Origin: Promethearchaeota archaeon Loki_b31
GTDB lineage: Archaea; Asgardarchaeota; Lokiarchaeia; Sigyniarchaeales; SOKP01
Assembly (NCBI GenBank): GCA_005222975.1
Contig: NJBI01000015.1
Coordinates: forward strand, 1-55,959
Length of the DNA stretch: 55,959 bases
Direction: 5' to 3'
Part shown: piece after piece, positions 38,782 through 48,662 of the stretch
How the letters are laid out: every line of letters starts with the position of its first letter
Position numbering within the stretch: the stretch's first letter is position 1
Notes under the pieces: model-generated
Database searches by the model: none
Told to the model about the DNA's origin: nothing
The model's input: the letters and a program-made list of their open reading frames with translations, nothing else
Translations under genes and position numbers: made by a program

Positions 38782-41700
38782 TTGAAGACTATGAAAAATT
38801 TTTGGAGAAAAATAAACTATCTATTAATTACGGTTTTGATAATTAACGCGATTATTAATCCCGTTCTTGGAATTGGAATTGTGAGAAATATTAATCACAA
38901 CAATCTTCAAAAGTTAGAGTTAGATTTCAGCGGATTAACGTATACTTCTTCAGATCAAGCAACTAATGAAAAATACAATTCAATATTACCCTTTAATAAG
39001 CAAAACGCGCTATTTGACGACTTATTGATAAAAGAATTAAATTTTATAGAATCATCTCAACAACATGATGAGACATTAATTAAGATTATAATCCTATTTA
39101 AAGATGGAATCTCAAAATCAGAAAGAATTGAATTAATAGATTCTATTTTTGATGAGTATGAAATAATTAATAATTATAATATTATTCCCGGCGTTTACAT
39201 GAAATGCAATCCAAAAGAATTGATTGCCAAAAAGGGTTTATTAGAAGTTGAATCCGCTTTAAAAAAGGTTTACAAGTCAAGATTTTATAGTTCACCATCT
39301 TTTCAAGAGCAATTTCCAGAAACTAGTGCGTTAAATAAAAATTCATATCCAAATTGGTGGATACCCGCTGTGGGAGCAGATAATTTAGGTTACGACGGTA
39401 GTGGCGTAAGAGTTGCTGTGATTGATACTGGAATATACGAACACCCTGATTTAAACTTATTATTAAGCCAGAATTTTGTTTCTGGAGAACTTTCTTCTGA
39501 ATACCAAGATTATGTAGGTCATGGAACTCATGTTGCAGGTATTATTGGAAGTAATGGAGGAGGTTCAAGTGGTGTTTACAGAGGCGTTGCTCCAGGCGTT
39601 TCTTTAATTAATGCAAAGGCTGGAGGCCTTTCAGGTTTAGAAGAAGGCGATGTTATTGGCGCTATTGAATGGTCTGTTGATACAGCTAATGCAGACATTA
39701 TTTCTATGAGTTTTGGTGGTAATTATCCAATTGCGAGTGATTCGATGATCTTAACTTTAGCAGCAGCTACAGAAAACGGCGTAATATGTGTTTCGTCAGC
39801 GGGAAATTCCGGTCCAGATTATTTTTCTGGTGGATCGCCTGCTTCTGGCATAGATGTCATTTCGGTGGGGGCTTCAGATAGAAATAACCATTTAGCCTAC
39901 TTTAGTAGTTGGGGCCCATCATTATCTTATTTAAGTTATCCTGATATTATTGCTCCGGGAGTAAATATTATCTCTACCGAGGCGCCAGAATCGGTTATAT
40001 CTGATAGATATCGCTTTATTGGAGATTACTTCGATTTTTCGGCCGATGCAGACTACTTACCTTTAAGTGGGACAAGTATGTCTTGTCCCGTTGTTGCTGG
40101 AGCTTTAGCAATTCTGAAACAAGCTTACCCTTTGATAACTCCCGAAACTGCGAGAATTGCCTTATTACAAGGTGCTCGAGACCTTTCCGATGTAGAAGAT
40201 GTTGAATTTTTGAAATCTGGTTTTGGTTTAATTAATGTGTCCGCTTCGCTTGACTATTTAAATTATTTAAATGCAAATTATTCCAATGTAAATGATGTAG
40301 CAAAAATTGCTCCCGATGAATTGCCTGTACAACCTTACGATTTATTGAATTTCCCTGGAGATCGTCAATTATTTAATTTAACTGTTATTTCAGGTAAAAA
40401 CAATAATTACAACATCAGTTATCCAATTATTATTGATGGAATCTCGTTGTCTATTGACAAACCTCAAATATCTTTTACCGATGCCGGTGTGAATTTCGTA
40501 GCACTAAAAGTTGAGATAGAAAGTGATGCAACGCCAGGTATAAGAAATTTTGAATTAAATATTACATCAGGAGTTAGGTTATACGATAATATTACAGTTT
40601 CAATAGAGGTTCGATTACCCGAGTATAGAGTTTTATTGGAATCTTACCACGGTTTGAATGATTGGCTCCCCGAACTTTCCTTCTATCAAATGGATTTTTA
40701 CGATTGGATGAAAGAACTTTCAGATTTAAACATCTCTATCGATTACTTAGCAGAATTTTGGACTCCAAATTACAATTCCAATTTAAATAATTCTATATTG
40801 ACTGAAGAACGATTAGCTCAATACGACTTGGTCGTATTACAAAACCCTATCTTGCCCTATAGTCCTTTAGAAATCCACAATTTGAAAAGATATTTTGATA
40901 ATGGAGGTAACATCTTGTTTTTAGGAACGAGATACCAAGATTTGTGTGTTGATAATATAAACGAGCTTTTTTCAGCAATTAACTTAGGAATCCAAATTAA
41001 CGAAGAGAATGTTGTCGATGAAAATTGGGTTGGAACTGGGGCAACCGTGAGTACTCAAAGCGTAACAGATTTTAACAATTCTCAAATATTTCAAGATGTA
41101 AACAAGTTTATATGGAACTATGGAACTACTTTAACAGCTTCGGGAAATGCAGAAGCGATTGCTTCAGTAGATGGGAAAATAGTTGTGGTTGCAAACGATG
41201 GTAGATTATCCGGAAGGGGACGATTTGTAGCGTTTGGGGATTTACACTGGGCTGCAGAGTTGTACGAATCGCAAACCTATTATCAAGACCATTATATTTT
41301 GACAAAAAATCTAATGCGCTATTTCTTGGAAAAAGACGAAGTTTCTATAAGTATTTTTCCCAATTCTGAAAGAACGCCCACTTCTCAAGTAAATATTTCA
41401 ATTTATGTGAAGGATCAAATTGGAGAAACGCCAGTTAGCTCAGCTACCCTAAATTCATATCTAAATGTATCAGTAGAAAACGATGCTTATTTTGAAACTG
41501 TAAATATGGTTTCAATGTCAGATGGTATCGCAATTAACAACACTTTTTCTTTACCCAGCCCAAGTAATAAACCATATGTTATAAAAGTGAATCTAACAAT
41601 TGGATCAAAGACTTACAATAAAACCTCCAAAATTCTTTATTATGACAACTCAGAAGTTCCAAAGATACTTAGTTTATGGGCCACTACTGACATCGAAAGA

Positions 41701-42753
41701 AATGGTGTTGATACATTAGATATCAATGCCACACTTGACGGAAGCAATTTTAATGCAACGGCTTATCTATCGATATATCCATCTACCTATTACACTAAAG
41801 AAGGAACAATCAATAAGACTTTTACTTTATCTAATTCACCATCAAATCCATTCAATTACTCTATTAGCAACACTCCTATATCTACGGATCCACCTGGTTA
41901 TGCTACTTTTTACATTCTGCCTTATAATCATAGTTCAAATTATTACAATCCACATTCGCCTAGATTAATTTCAATTATAATAAATCACCCTCCTGAATTC
42001 ATTGAAGAAACTTCTACAATATTAATCGATAACAATCAATTAATATCGCTTGATGAGACTCATACGGAAGATAGTTTACTAGTCATTCTTGTATCCCAAG
42101 GGAGCCAGCTTGACTTTATTATAAACCTTATTGATTCTGTGAGTTATGAGGATCAAGATAGCTCAAAAATGAGGGTGTCAGTAAACCTTTTTATCGCCTC
42201 AATTTCAGAGGACAATACAATTGTACCGATTAATTCAAAGAACTTTGTTCTTTCTGAATTAGAATATAAACCAGGTTCGAATACTCACTATGGAACTTTC
42301 GCAATTCCATATACTATGGAATTCTCCTCCATTACTGGAACGAAAAAGCTTTCAACTGCGTCTCAATATGATAATGATGCTCAAGATGGCTATTTAGCGA
42401 TCCTATTGATCACGGCTTTTGATAGCGAAGGAGAGTCTGAAGACTTTTTTATGGTTTTGTTGATTCAACCTTCAATACCTTCTGATTTTTTATTAGTACT
42501 AATTATTATCGGAGTTATAGTAGTAGTTGGAATAATTGTTGGCGTCTCACTTTTAGTTAGAAAGAAGAAAAAATCTCGCATATCGGCTCCTTTTGAAGGA
42601 TATTACCACCAAGATTATGAAGATGTTCCTTCACAAGAAGTATATGATTTCACTCAAAAGTCAGTATATTTTTGTCCTTATTGTGGATTTCAATTAACTA
42701 CGCCAAGAAGTTTTTGCCCTAATTGCGGTAAATCTTTAAAATTCCAAGAATAA
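38782..42753 (+). CDS. Membrane-anchored S8 subtilase with GldG/IFT52 (GIFT)-like domain, C-terminal TM and cytoplasmic zinc ribbon
   Basis: Signal/anchor sequence, prodomain, triad VAVIDTG / HGTHVAG / GTSMS, oxyanion SAGNSG; QYDLVVL.NP..PYS..EI..L..YF.NGG..LFLG domain; TM followed by RKKKK; FCPYCG...FCPNCG. Confidence 0.9.
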   Translation: MKTMKNFWRKINYLLITVLIINAIINPVLGIGIVRNINHNNLQKLELDFSGLTYTSSDQATNEKYNSILPFNKQNALFDDLLIKELNFIESSQQHDETLIKIIILFKDGISKSERIELIDSIFDEYEIINNYNIIPGVYMKCNPKELIAKKGLLEVESALKKVYKSRFYSSPSFQEQFPETSALNKNSYPNWWIPAVGADNLGYDGSGVRVAVIDTGIYEHPDLNLLLSQNFVSGELSSEYQDYVGHGTHVAGIIGSNGGGSSGVYRGVAPGVSLINAKAGGLSGLEEGDVIGAIEWSVDTANADIISMSFGGNYPIASDSMILTLAAATENGVICVSSAGNSGPDYFSGGSPASGIDVISVGASDRNNHLAYFSSWGPSLSYLSYPDIIAPGVNIISTEAPESVISDRYRFIGDYFDFSADADYLPLSGTSMSCPVVAGALAILKQAYPLITPETARIALLQGARDLSDVEDVEFLKSGFGLINVSASLDYLNYLNANYSNVNDVAKIAPDELPVQPYDLLNFPGDRQLFNLTVISGKNNNYNISYPIIIDGISLSIDKPQISFTDAGVNFVALKVEIESDATPGIRNFELNITSGVRLYDNITVSIEVRLPEYRVLLESYHGLNDWLPELSFYQMDFYDWMKELSDLNISIDYLAEFWTPNYNSNLNNSILTEERLAQYDLVVLQNPILPYSPLEIHNLKRYFDNGGNILFLGTRYQDLCVDNINELFSAINLGIQINEENVVDENWVGTGATVSTQSVTDFNNSQIFQDVNKFIWNYGTTLTASGNAEAIASVDGKIVVVANDGRLSGRGRFVAFGDLHWAAELYESQTYYQDHYILTKNLMRYFLEKDEVSISIFPNSERTPTSQVNISIYVKDQIGETPVSSATLNSYLNVSVENDAYFETVNMVSMSDGIAINNTFSLPSPSNKPYVIKVNLTIGSKTYNKTSKILYYDNSEVPKILSLWATTDIERNGVDTLDINATLDGSNFNATAYLSIYPSTYYTKEGTINKTFTLSNSPSNPFNYSISNTPISTDPPGYATFYILPYNHSSNYYNPHSPRLISIIINHPPEFIEETSTILIDNNQLISLDETHTEDSLLVILVSQGSQLDFIINLIDSVSYEDQDSSKMRVSVNLFIASISEDNTIVPINSKNFVLSELEYKPGSNTHYGTFAIPYTMEFSSITGTKKLSTASQYDNDAQDGYLAILLITAFDSEGESEDFFMVLLIQPSIPSDFLLVLIIIGVIVVVGIIVGVSLLVRKKKKSRISAPFEGYYHQDYEDVPSQEVYDFTQKSVYFCPYCGFQLTTPRSFCPNCGKSLKFQE

Positions 42754-42760
42754 TTTTTTT

Positions 42761-43411
42761 TTAATCTTCTTTATTGTTCAAGTTTTGGAGATCGGAATGC
42801 TTTAACAAATCGATAACCCGATTGGGGTCCTTTGCATTTAAAATAGTACTTGTACTGCTTAAAATATCGGCATTTAACTGGTTAGCGTTTATAAGATTTA
42901 TCCCCCCATCTATATCAACAATAAAAGCATACTTTTTCTTAAGTATAGCTAGCTGGTTTACCTTTTCAATTGAATGTGGAATGAATTTTTGACCAGACCC
43001 ACCTGGATAAACTGACATTACTAAAACTAAGTCAACTAAATCCAAGTAAGGAATTATTTCTGCGATTGTTGTATCTGGATCGATTGCTAAGCCCACTTTT
43101 TTCTTCCTATTCTTCAGTTCATTTATTAACGCTTTCTTATCTCCCGTTATTTCGTAATGAAAAGTAAATATATGAACATAATCAATAATTTTATCAATAT
43201 AGTCAAAGGGATTGTTTACCATCAAATGGGCGATGATAGGAATATCATATCTCTCTTTCAATATTCTAAATAAGTCCAAATCAAGGTTTATAACAGGTGT
43301 AAACTTTCCATCCGCAACATCAATATGTATGTAATCAAGCCCTACTAATCCCTCAAGAGGATCAAGATTAAAATTTAGGTTTGCATGAACAGCAACAGCA
43401 ATCTTTTTCAT
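42761..43411 (-). CDS. rpe: Ribulose-phosphate 3-epimerase
   Basis: [33 protein letters not shown] and DIDGGIN motifs. Confidence 0.93.
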   Translation of the reverse strand: MKKIAVAVHANLNFNLDPLEGLVGLDYIHIDVADGKFTPVINLDLDLFRILKERYDIPIIAHLMVNNPFDYIDKIIDYVHIFTFHYEITGDKKALINELKNRKKKVGLAIDPDTTIAEIIPYLDLVDLVLVMSVYPGGSGQKFIPHSIEKVNQLAILKKKYAFIVDIDGGINLINANQLNADILSSTSTILNAKDPNRVIDLLKHSDLQNLNNKED

Positions 43412-43536
43412 CGTATTTAATTATATGATAAGCACGAATAATTTTTTATTTGTTAATGATAAATATCCTATTTGTTAAAAATTAAACTCTGAAAAGAGAC
43501 TTATAATTCTAAGAATAATAAAAAAAATTATATCTT

Positions 43537-44358
43537 TTAATTTGGGATATCCTTTTTACTAAAAACAAATAAACTCCCTGCAATGAGAACTCCGTTGATA
43601 ATTCCTAAGACAATAATGTCTCGTGTAAATAAGGCTGAATCTGCTTTTACCAAATAATCAACAGGATTATAGTAATAGAAGATTGATATGTATTTAATAC
43701 CCTGGATAGCTTCATCCATATATACGTAAAATGAACCGAGAAAAAACATTATAAATAAAACCATCACTCCCACTGCCACCGACTTTTTCGTACTTAAGAA
43801 TATCGTCGAACTGAATTTAGCTACCATTGCAAGTGCTCCGAGGAAGAGAACAACAGAAAAATAAGTTGCAAATAATCTCTCAAGAAAAATTCCTTCCGTT
43901 CTAAATGTTGATGAAGCTACCATACTTCCTAGCGTTATTAGAAAGAAAATACCGATAACTGTCATATTAAATACATATAGGAATGTAATTTTACTTCCAA
44001 GGAAATTATACCGAGAAATTGGTTTAGAGAGGGAAAGATCAATAGTCTTATTTTCTACATCACGGGAAAGGAGTGAACTAGCCATAAAGATAAGATAGAT
44101 CCCGGCATATAACCAAATGAAGCTTAAAAGTTCCATAGCCCAAAATCCATAAGGATTAGCTATTACTTCCAAGTCTCCTAAAAAAGCCATCAAGTCCTCA
44201 GGATATACGCTAAAAAAACCCTCCATTGCTTGTAAATCTATATCTTCTATTATAACTATTATATAAAAGCTTAGTAAGCCAATTACACCACCTAGTATTA
44301 GAATCGTGAATTTCTTTTCGAAAATTAGCTCCTTAACTGTGCTAAAAAATCGTTTCAT
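43537..44358 (-). CDS. ABC-2 type transporter permease
   Basis: 6 TM helices; E.KTIDL.LSKPISR..FL.SK and SIFYYY motifs; adjacent to the ATPase gene. Confidence 0.9.
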   Translation of the reverse strand: MKRFFSTVKELIFEKKFTILILGGVIGLLSFYIIVIIEDIDLQAMEGFFSVYPEDLMAFLGDLEVIANPYGFWAMELLSFIWLYAGIYLIFMASSLLSRDVENKTIDLSLSKPISRYNFLGSKITFLYVFNMTVIGIFFLITLGSMVASSTFRTEGIFLERLFATYFSVVLFLGALAMVAKFSSTIFLSTKKSVAVGVMVLFIMFFLGSFYVYMDEAIQGIKYISIFYYYNPVDYLVKADSALFTRDIIVLGIINGVLIAGSLFVFSKKDIPN

Positions 44359-45273
44359 TTAGGATGCCACCTCATAATATTTTAAAAATATATCCTCAAG
44401 TGCAGGACTTGTAACCTCTATGTCTACGATCTCAAATTTCGAAAGTAAGTTGAATACATTAGATATTTGTTCACGAGTAATCATGAATGAAGCATGGGTT
44501 TCATTAAATATAACAGATTCTACAGTTTGTGATGGTAGTTGATCAGAGAATTTCTGAAGTGCTTCTTTAGTAGCAAATTCAACTCTAATCTCTTTCATTG
44601 CCATGCTTTTTAGTTGTTGAATAGTAGCTACCTCAACTATTGTTCCTTCTCTTATGATACCCACACGATGAGCAACTTTTTCAACTTCTCCAAGCAAGTG
44701 GGAGCTAAGAAGCACGGTTGAACCTGTTTCTTTTTGTTGTTGACGAAGAATCTTGTAGAATTCAGCGGTTATTAAAGGATCCAGTCCAGCAGTAGGTTCG
44801 TCTAAGATTAGAAGATCCACCTCAGGGGCTAAAGCAAGTACTATTCCGACTTTTTGTTTATTCCCCTTACTGAGTTCTTTAACTTTTCTGTCAAGTTCTA
44901 ACCCGAATATCACTGCCAATTCCTCAATTCGTCTGATAGGAATATGATTTTCATAAAGTCCAAGAAGATATTTTAGGTTTCGCCTGGCAGTTTTGTCTTG
45001 AAATAAACCTAGGTCCCCCGGTAGGTAAGCAGTGCGTTGACGAATTTCAGTCGAATGATGGTGAATGTCAAGATCAAAAATCTGTGCTTCACCTGAAGTT
45101 TTTCGGATTAAATCGAGAAGAGTTCGAACTACAGTCGTTTTCCCCGCTCCATTAGGTCCAAGTAAGCCAAAAATTTCTCCCTGATATACTTCAAGATCGA
45201 AGTTTTCAATACCTCTTGATTTACCGTAATATTTAGTTAAATTTTTGGTTTGAATAATTATATTTTTAGACAT
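44359..45273 (-). CDS. ABC transporter ATP-binding protein
   Basis: GPNGAGKT, LSKGNKQK, LLILDEPT and SSH motifs. Confidence 0.95.
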   Translation of the reverse strand: MSKNIIIQTKNLTKYYGKSRGIENFDLEVYQGEIFGLLGPNGAGKTTVVRTLLDLIRKTSGEAQIFDLDIHHHSTEIRQRTAYLPGDLGLFQDKTARRNLKYLLGLYENHIPIRRIEELAVIFGLELDRKVKELSKGNKQKVGIVLALAPEVDLLILDEPTAGLDPLITAEFYKILRQQQKETGSTVLLSSHLLGEVEKVAHRVGIIREGTIVEVATIQQLKSMAMKEIRVEFATKEALQKFSDQLPSQTVESVIFNETHASFMITREQISNVFNLLSKFEIVDIEVTSPALEDIFLKYYEVAS

Positions 45274-45326
45274 TTATTTTACACCGTAAAATTTTATTTT
45301 TTTATCTCTCTCTCTCTCAATTTTAT

Positions 45327-46040
45327 TTATAAAACAATAACTTTTCCATCTTTTTGTCCTATATACGCTTTAGATGTCATTCCTATGAAAAATCCTGTAT
45401 CAACGACACCAGGAATCTGAGAAATCTTAAAATCAATATCAGATGGAGAATCTATAATACCAAAATCAACATCAATGATAAAATTACCATTATCAGTAAC
45501 TAAAGGGCCTACTTTTGCTTGGGCCATCCTTATTTTCGGTGTACCTCCTAATTTTTCTAACTTTTTCAAAATTGGGACATATCCAAAAGGAATAACTTCG
45601 ATTGGTACTCCCTTGTTCCAATTCTCTCCTAATTTTTCTGACTTTTTGCGATAATCTGCGATAATTACTAATTTTTTTGATGAAGAAGCAACAATTTTCT
45701 CTTGAACTAAACACCCGCCACCACCCTTAATTAAATTTAATGCCTTATCAATTTCATCAGCACCATCGATATCTAAGTCAATTTCAGGGTACTGATCTAA
45801 AGTAACGAGAGTCAGTCCATTATCTACTATTAATTGACGAGATTGAAAAGAAGTTGGGATGCACTTCAAGTTCAAATCCTCTGTTTTATTGATCTCCGCT
45901 ATTTTTTTGACGGCGTATTCAACTGTGGAGCCACTTCCAATTCCCAAAATCATGCCCTTTTTGACATTTTCCTCGACTGCTTTAAACGCAGCGTTTTTTT
46001 TGCTTATTTCAATTAGATCTTCACTCACAAGTTTCACCAA
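45327..46040 (-). CDS. rpiA: Ribose-5-phosphate isomerase A
   Basis: GIGSGST, DGADE, IKGGGG, EK, TDNGN and PGVVDTG motifs. Confidence 0.96.
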   Translation of the reverse strand: MVKLVSEDLIEISKKNAAFKAVEENVKKGMILGIGSGSTVEYAVKKIAEINKTEDLNLKCIPTSFQSRQLIVDNGLTLVTLDQYPEIDLDIDGADEIDKALNLIKGGGGCLVQEKIVASSSKKLVIIADYRKKSEKLGENWNKGVPIEVIPFGYVPILKKLEKLGGTPKIRMAQAKVGPLVTDNGNFIIDVDFGIIDSPSDIDFKISQIPGVVDTGFFIGMTSKAYIGQKDGKVIVL

Positions 46041-46044
46041 GATT

Positions 46045-46467
46045 TTATTTTTTTAACAAATTAAGAATTCTGATCGCCAAATAAGCAGCATTCTCGCCCC
46101 TATCTATTCCTACGCAAGCTACAGGAATTCTTGGGGGCATTTGTACAATAGACAATAACGCATCTAATCCGCCTAATTTGGCACTAACGGGTACACCAAT
46201 AACAGGCTTGTCAGTTTTAGATGCAATTACACCTGGTAAAGCAGCTGATAATCCAGCGATAGCAATATATACTAAGGATTGACACGATTTTAAATAATCG
46301 TCTAATTTGTCTGGATCTCGGTGAGCAGATATAATTTGAAGCTCGTAAGTTATTTTATATTCTTTTAAAACCTTCTCTGCTTTTTCATACACTTCTTTAT
46401 CTGAAGTACTACCCGCTATTATTGAGACCAAAGTCATTTTACTTTTATCTACATTTGTGTCTGGCAT
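46045..46467 (-). CDS. purE: N5-CAIR mutase / AIR carboxylase
   Basis: [36 protein letters not shown] and NAA motifs. Confidence 0.95.
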   Translation of the reverse strand: MPDTNVDKSKMTLVSIIAGSTSDKEVYEKAEKVLKEYKITYELQIISAHRDPDKLDDYLKSCQSLVYIAIAGLSAALPGVIASKTDKPVIGVPVSAKLGGLDALLSIVQMPPRIPVACVGIDRGENAAYLAIRILNLLKK

Positions 46468-46673
46468 ATTTAATTTAAATCTCCTAAAAATAAAAATAAT
46501 TCTAATAAATTCTTAATAATTTTTTAACTAAATTATCAAAAAGAACCATTTCATTGTTAAGGTTCAAAAACAATTTTATCGAAAACTTTAATATATTTTT
46601 AAATATTTTCATAAATTAATATCAATTGAACTTAATATAATAATAATCTTAAAAATTTGAGGGATTTATAAAT

Positions 46674-47957
46674 ATGGAATTAAAAGAAGTATGGTTAATT
46701 GATTATGCGCGAACAGCTTTTTCTCGATCTAGGCCAAAACAACCAGAAAGAGATGTATTTGGTGAAATTAGAGGCGACGAACTTCTTGCTAAATTGTTAA
46801 TGAAATTTTTCGATGGAAAATTAGCGGATAAAGGAATCGAAAAGAAGGACATTGACGAGTTCACTGTTGGATCTGCCATGGGCGTCTGGGAGAATTGGGC
46901 TTATGGAGGTAGACTTCCAATGTTCTTAGCAGACTTTCCTTACGAAGTACCTGCTATGTTTGTAGATAGACAATGTGGATCAGCTGGTAGTGGAATGCAT
47001 GTTGGAATTATGGAGATTATGACAGGATATAGTAAAATTTGTATGGCTACAGGCGTGGAACACATGACTCGGGTCGATATGCAGAATAATCACATTAACC
47101 CAAATCTGAAAATGATTAATAAAAAGAGTGATTGGTATAGACCTAAATATGATTTATTAACAACAATTAATATGATACAAACAGCTCAAAAATTATACGA
47201 ACAAGAGGTGCCTGCTTTCAAGAAAGAAGATTTGGATAAATTCGGAGTGAGAGCTCATAATTTAACGGTTAAAAATCAAGAAGCTGGTTGGTTTAAAGGA
47301 GAAATTATCCCTATTGAAGGCCATGTTGGTGGCAATGTAGAAGAACCATTAATGGTAGATAAAGATATGGCTGCGAGAAAATCAACTTTAGAAGGTGTTG
47401 CGGGATTGCGAAGGTTATCAAAAGCTTTTTTCCTAGAGAAAAATGGAGGCAGAGCTGGCTATAAAGAGAGAGAAGGAACTTCTGAAGGAGTAATAACTGC
47501 CGGGAACTCTTCACCTCTGAATGCTGGAGCTACAGCTTGCATTGTAATGGCCGCTGAGGAGGCCAAAAAGCGAGGACTTGAACCGATGGCTAAGATAGTT
47601 TCAATTGGATGGGCAGGAGTAGATCCAAGCGTCATGGGTCGTGGTCCTGTTCCTGCAACGGAGATGGCCTTTAAGGCCGCTGGATTAACTGCTGATGATA
47701 TCGATTACTGGGAAATTAACGAAGCTTTCTGCGTTGTTGCTTTAAATTGTATGAAACATTTTAATATTCCCGAAGAAAAGGTCAATGTTATGGGCGGCTC
47801 CACGGCAATCGGTCATCCATTAGGGGCTACAATGATAAGGCTACCAGGCACATTAGCTCGCATCCTAAAAGATAAAAAGGCTAAGTACGGCGTTGCAAAC
47901 GCGTGTTGTGGTGGCGGACAAGGCGTCGCTACATTAATTGAAAACCTCGATGCCTAA
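46674..47957 (+). CDS. Thiolase (acetyl-CoA C-acyltransferase)
   Basis: RQCGS, TAGNSS, EINEAF, GHPLGAT and CCGGGQG motifs. Confidence 0.95.
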   Translation: MELKEVWLIDYARTAFSRSRPKQPERDVFGEIRGDELLAKLLMKFFDGKLADKGIEKKDIDEFTVGSAMGVWENWAYGGRLPMFLADFPYEVPAMFVDRQCGSAGSGMHVGIMEIMTGYSKICMATGVEHMTRVDMQNNHINPNLKMINKKSDWYRPKYDLLTTINMIQTAQKLYEQEVPAFKKEDLDKFGVRAHNLTVKNQEAGWFKGEIIPIEGHVGGNVEEPLMVDKDMAARKSTLEGVAGLRRLSKAFFLEKNGGRAGYKEREGTSEGVITAGNSSPLNAGATACIVMAAEEAKKRGLEPMAKIVSIGWAGVDPSVMGRGPVPATEMAFKAAGLTADDIDYWEINEAFCVVALNCMKHFNIPEEKVNVMGGSTAIGHPLGATMIRLPGTLARILKDKKAKYGVANACCGGGQGVATLIENLDA

Positions 47958-48143
47958 TTAAATTCTATTTTAGGTAAATTTTTCTTTTTTTTATTTTCTT
48001 ACAAACTTAGAATCTATTTAGTTCTCTTCTGATTATATTTCATCATTATTCTAGAAATATTTAAATATTAAACAATAACAATTAGACTTACTGTAAATTC
48101 TACAATAAATTTTGAAATAATAAATTTTGTAAGGTGAATTGAA

Positions 48144-48350
48144 ATTACTGTATATAAAAGTATTCAACTTGTTGCCACGAGCGATAAGAGTTGGGCTGAT
48201 GCAGTGAAAGTAGCTTATGCTGAAGCCAAAAAATCCCTTCGTGGTATACGAAATATTCAAATTATCGAATCTGATGTAAAAGTTAAAGAAGATCAAGATA
48301 AACTTATTTATAGAGTTCGAGTACAGATTAACTTTCAAATAGAGCGATAA
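48144..48350 (+). CDS. Dodecin-family protein (68 aa), probable ATT start; not in the ORF track
   Basis: (M)TVYKSIQLVATSDKSWADAVKVAYAEAKKSLRGIR...YRVRVQINFQIER; in-frame TGA at 48135; SD AAGGTGA 6 nt before the ATT. Confidence 0.85.
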   Translation: MTVYKSIQLVATSDKSWADAVKVAYAEAKKSLRGIRNIQIIESDVKVKEDQDKLIYRVRVQINFQIER

Positions 48351-48377
48351 GGGCTAGGAAATTAGCCCAAAAAAAAA
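48351..48377. terminator. Hairpin directly after the dodecin stop codon
   Basis: GGGCTA-GGAAAT-TAGCCC followed by an A-run and then a long T-run. Confidence 0.5.
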
Positions 48378-48512
48378 CAAATAATTTTTTTTTTTAATTA
48401 AACAACAAATTCCAAATCTTAATTTTTTTTAAGAATTAATTTTAAAAAGAGTAATAATATAAATTTTTATATTAAATTAATTTAGTTAATACTTAGCAGA
48501 TTTGTTATTATT

Positions 48513-48617
48513 ATGGAAGAGTTAATAGCTTCTTATGGATGGTATCTTGTCGCGGGGATAATTACCTTAGTTATATTAATCACATGTTGCACAATCAATA
48601 GAAAACTTTTAAAATAA
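48513..48617 (+). CDS. Putative 34-aa single-pass membrane peptide
   Basis: MEELIASYGWYLVAGIITLVILITCCTINRKLLK*: acidic N-terminus, hydrophobic core, basic tail; TATA-like TTTTTATA upstream. Confidence 0.5.
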   Translation: MEELIASYGWYLVAGIITLVILITCCTINRKLLK

Positions 48618-48662
48618 TAGTTGTCAATAATTCGGGCGTAGTATTCGTTTGGCACTGTTTAA

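Noticed and set aside
45304-45318. (TC)n microsatellite and several poly-A/T runs (e.g. 2840-2850, 9001-9010, 48384-48395)
   Set aside because: Expected in AT-rich DNA or as archaeal T-rich terminators; the coding run at 2840 keeps frame, so there is no evidence of phase variation
48051-48338. 95-aa minus-strand ORF
   Set aside because: Shadow of the plus-strand dodecin gene
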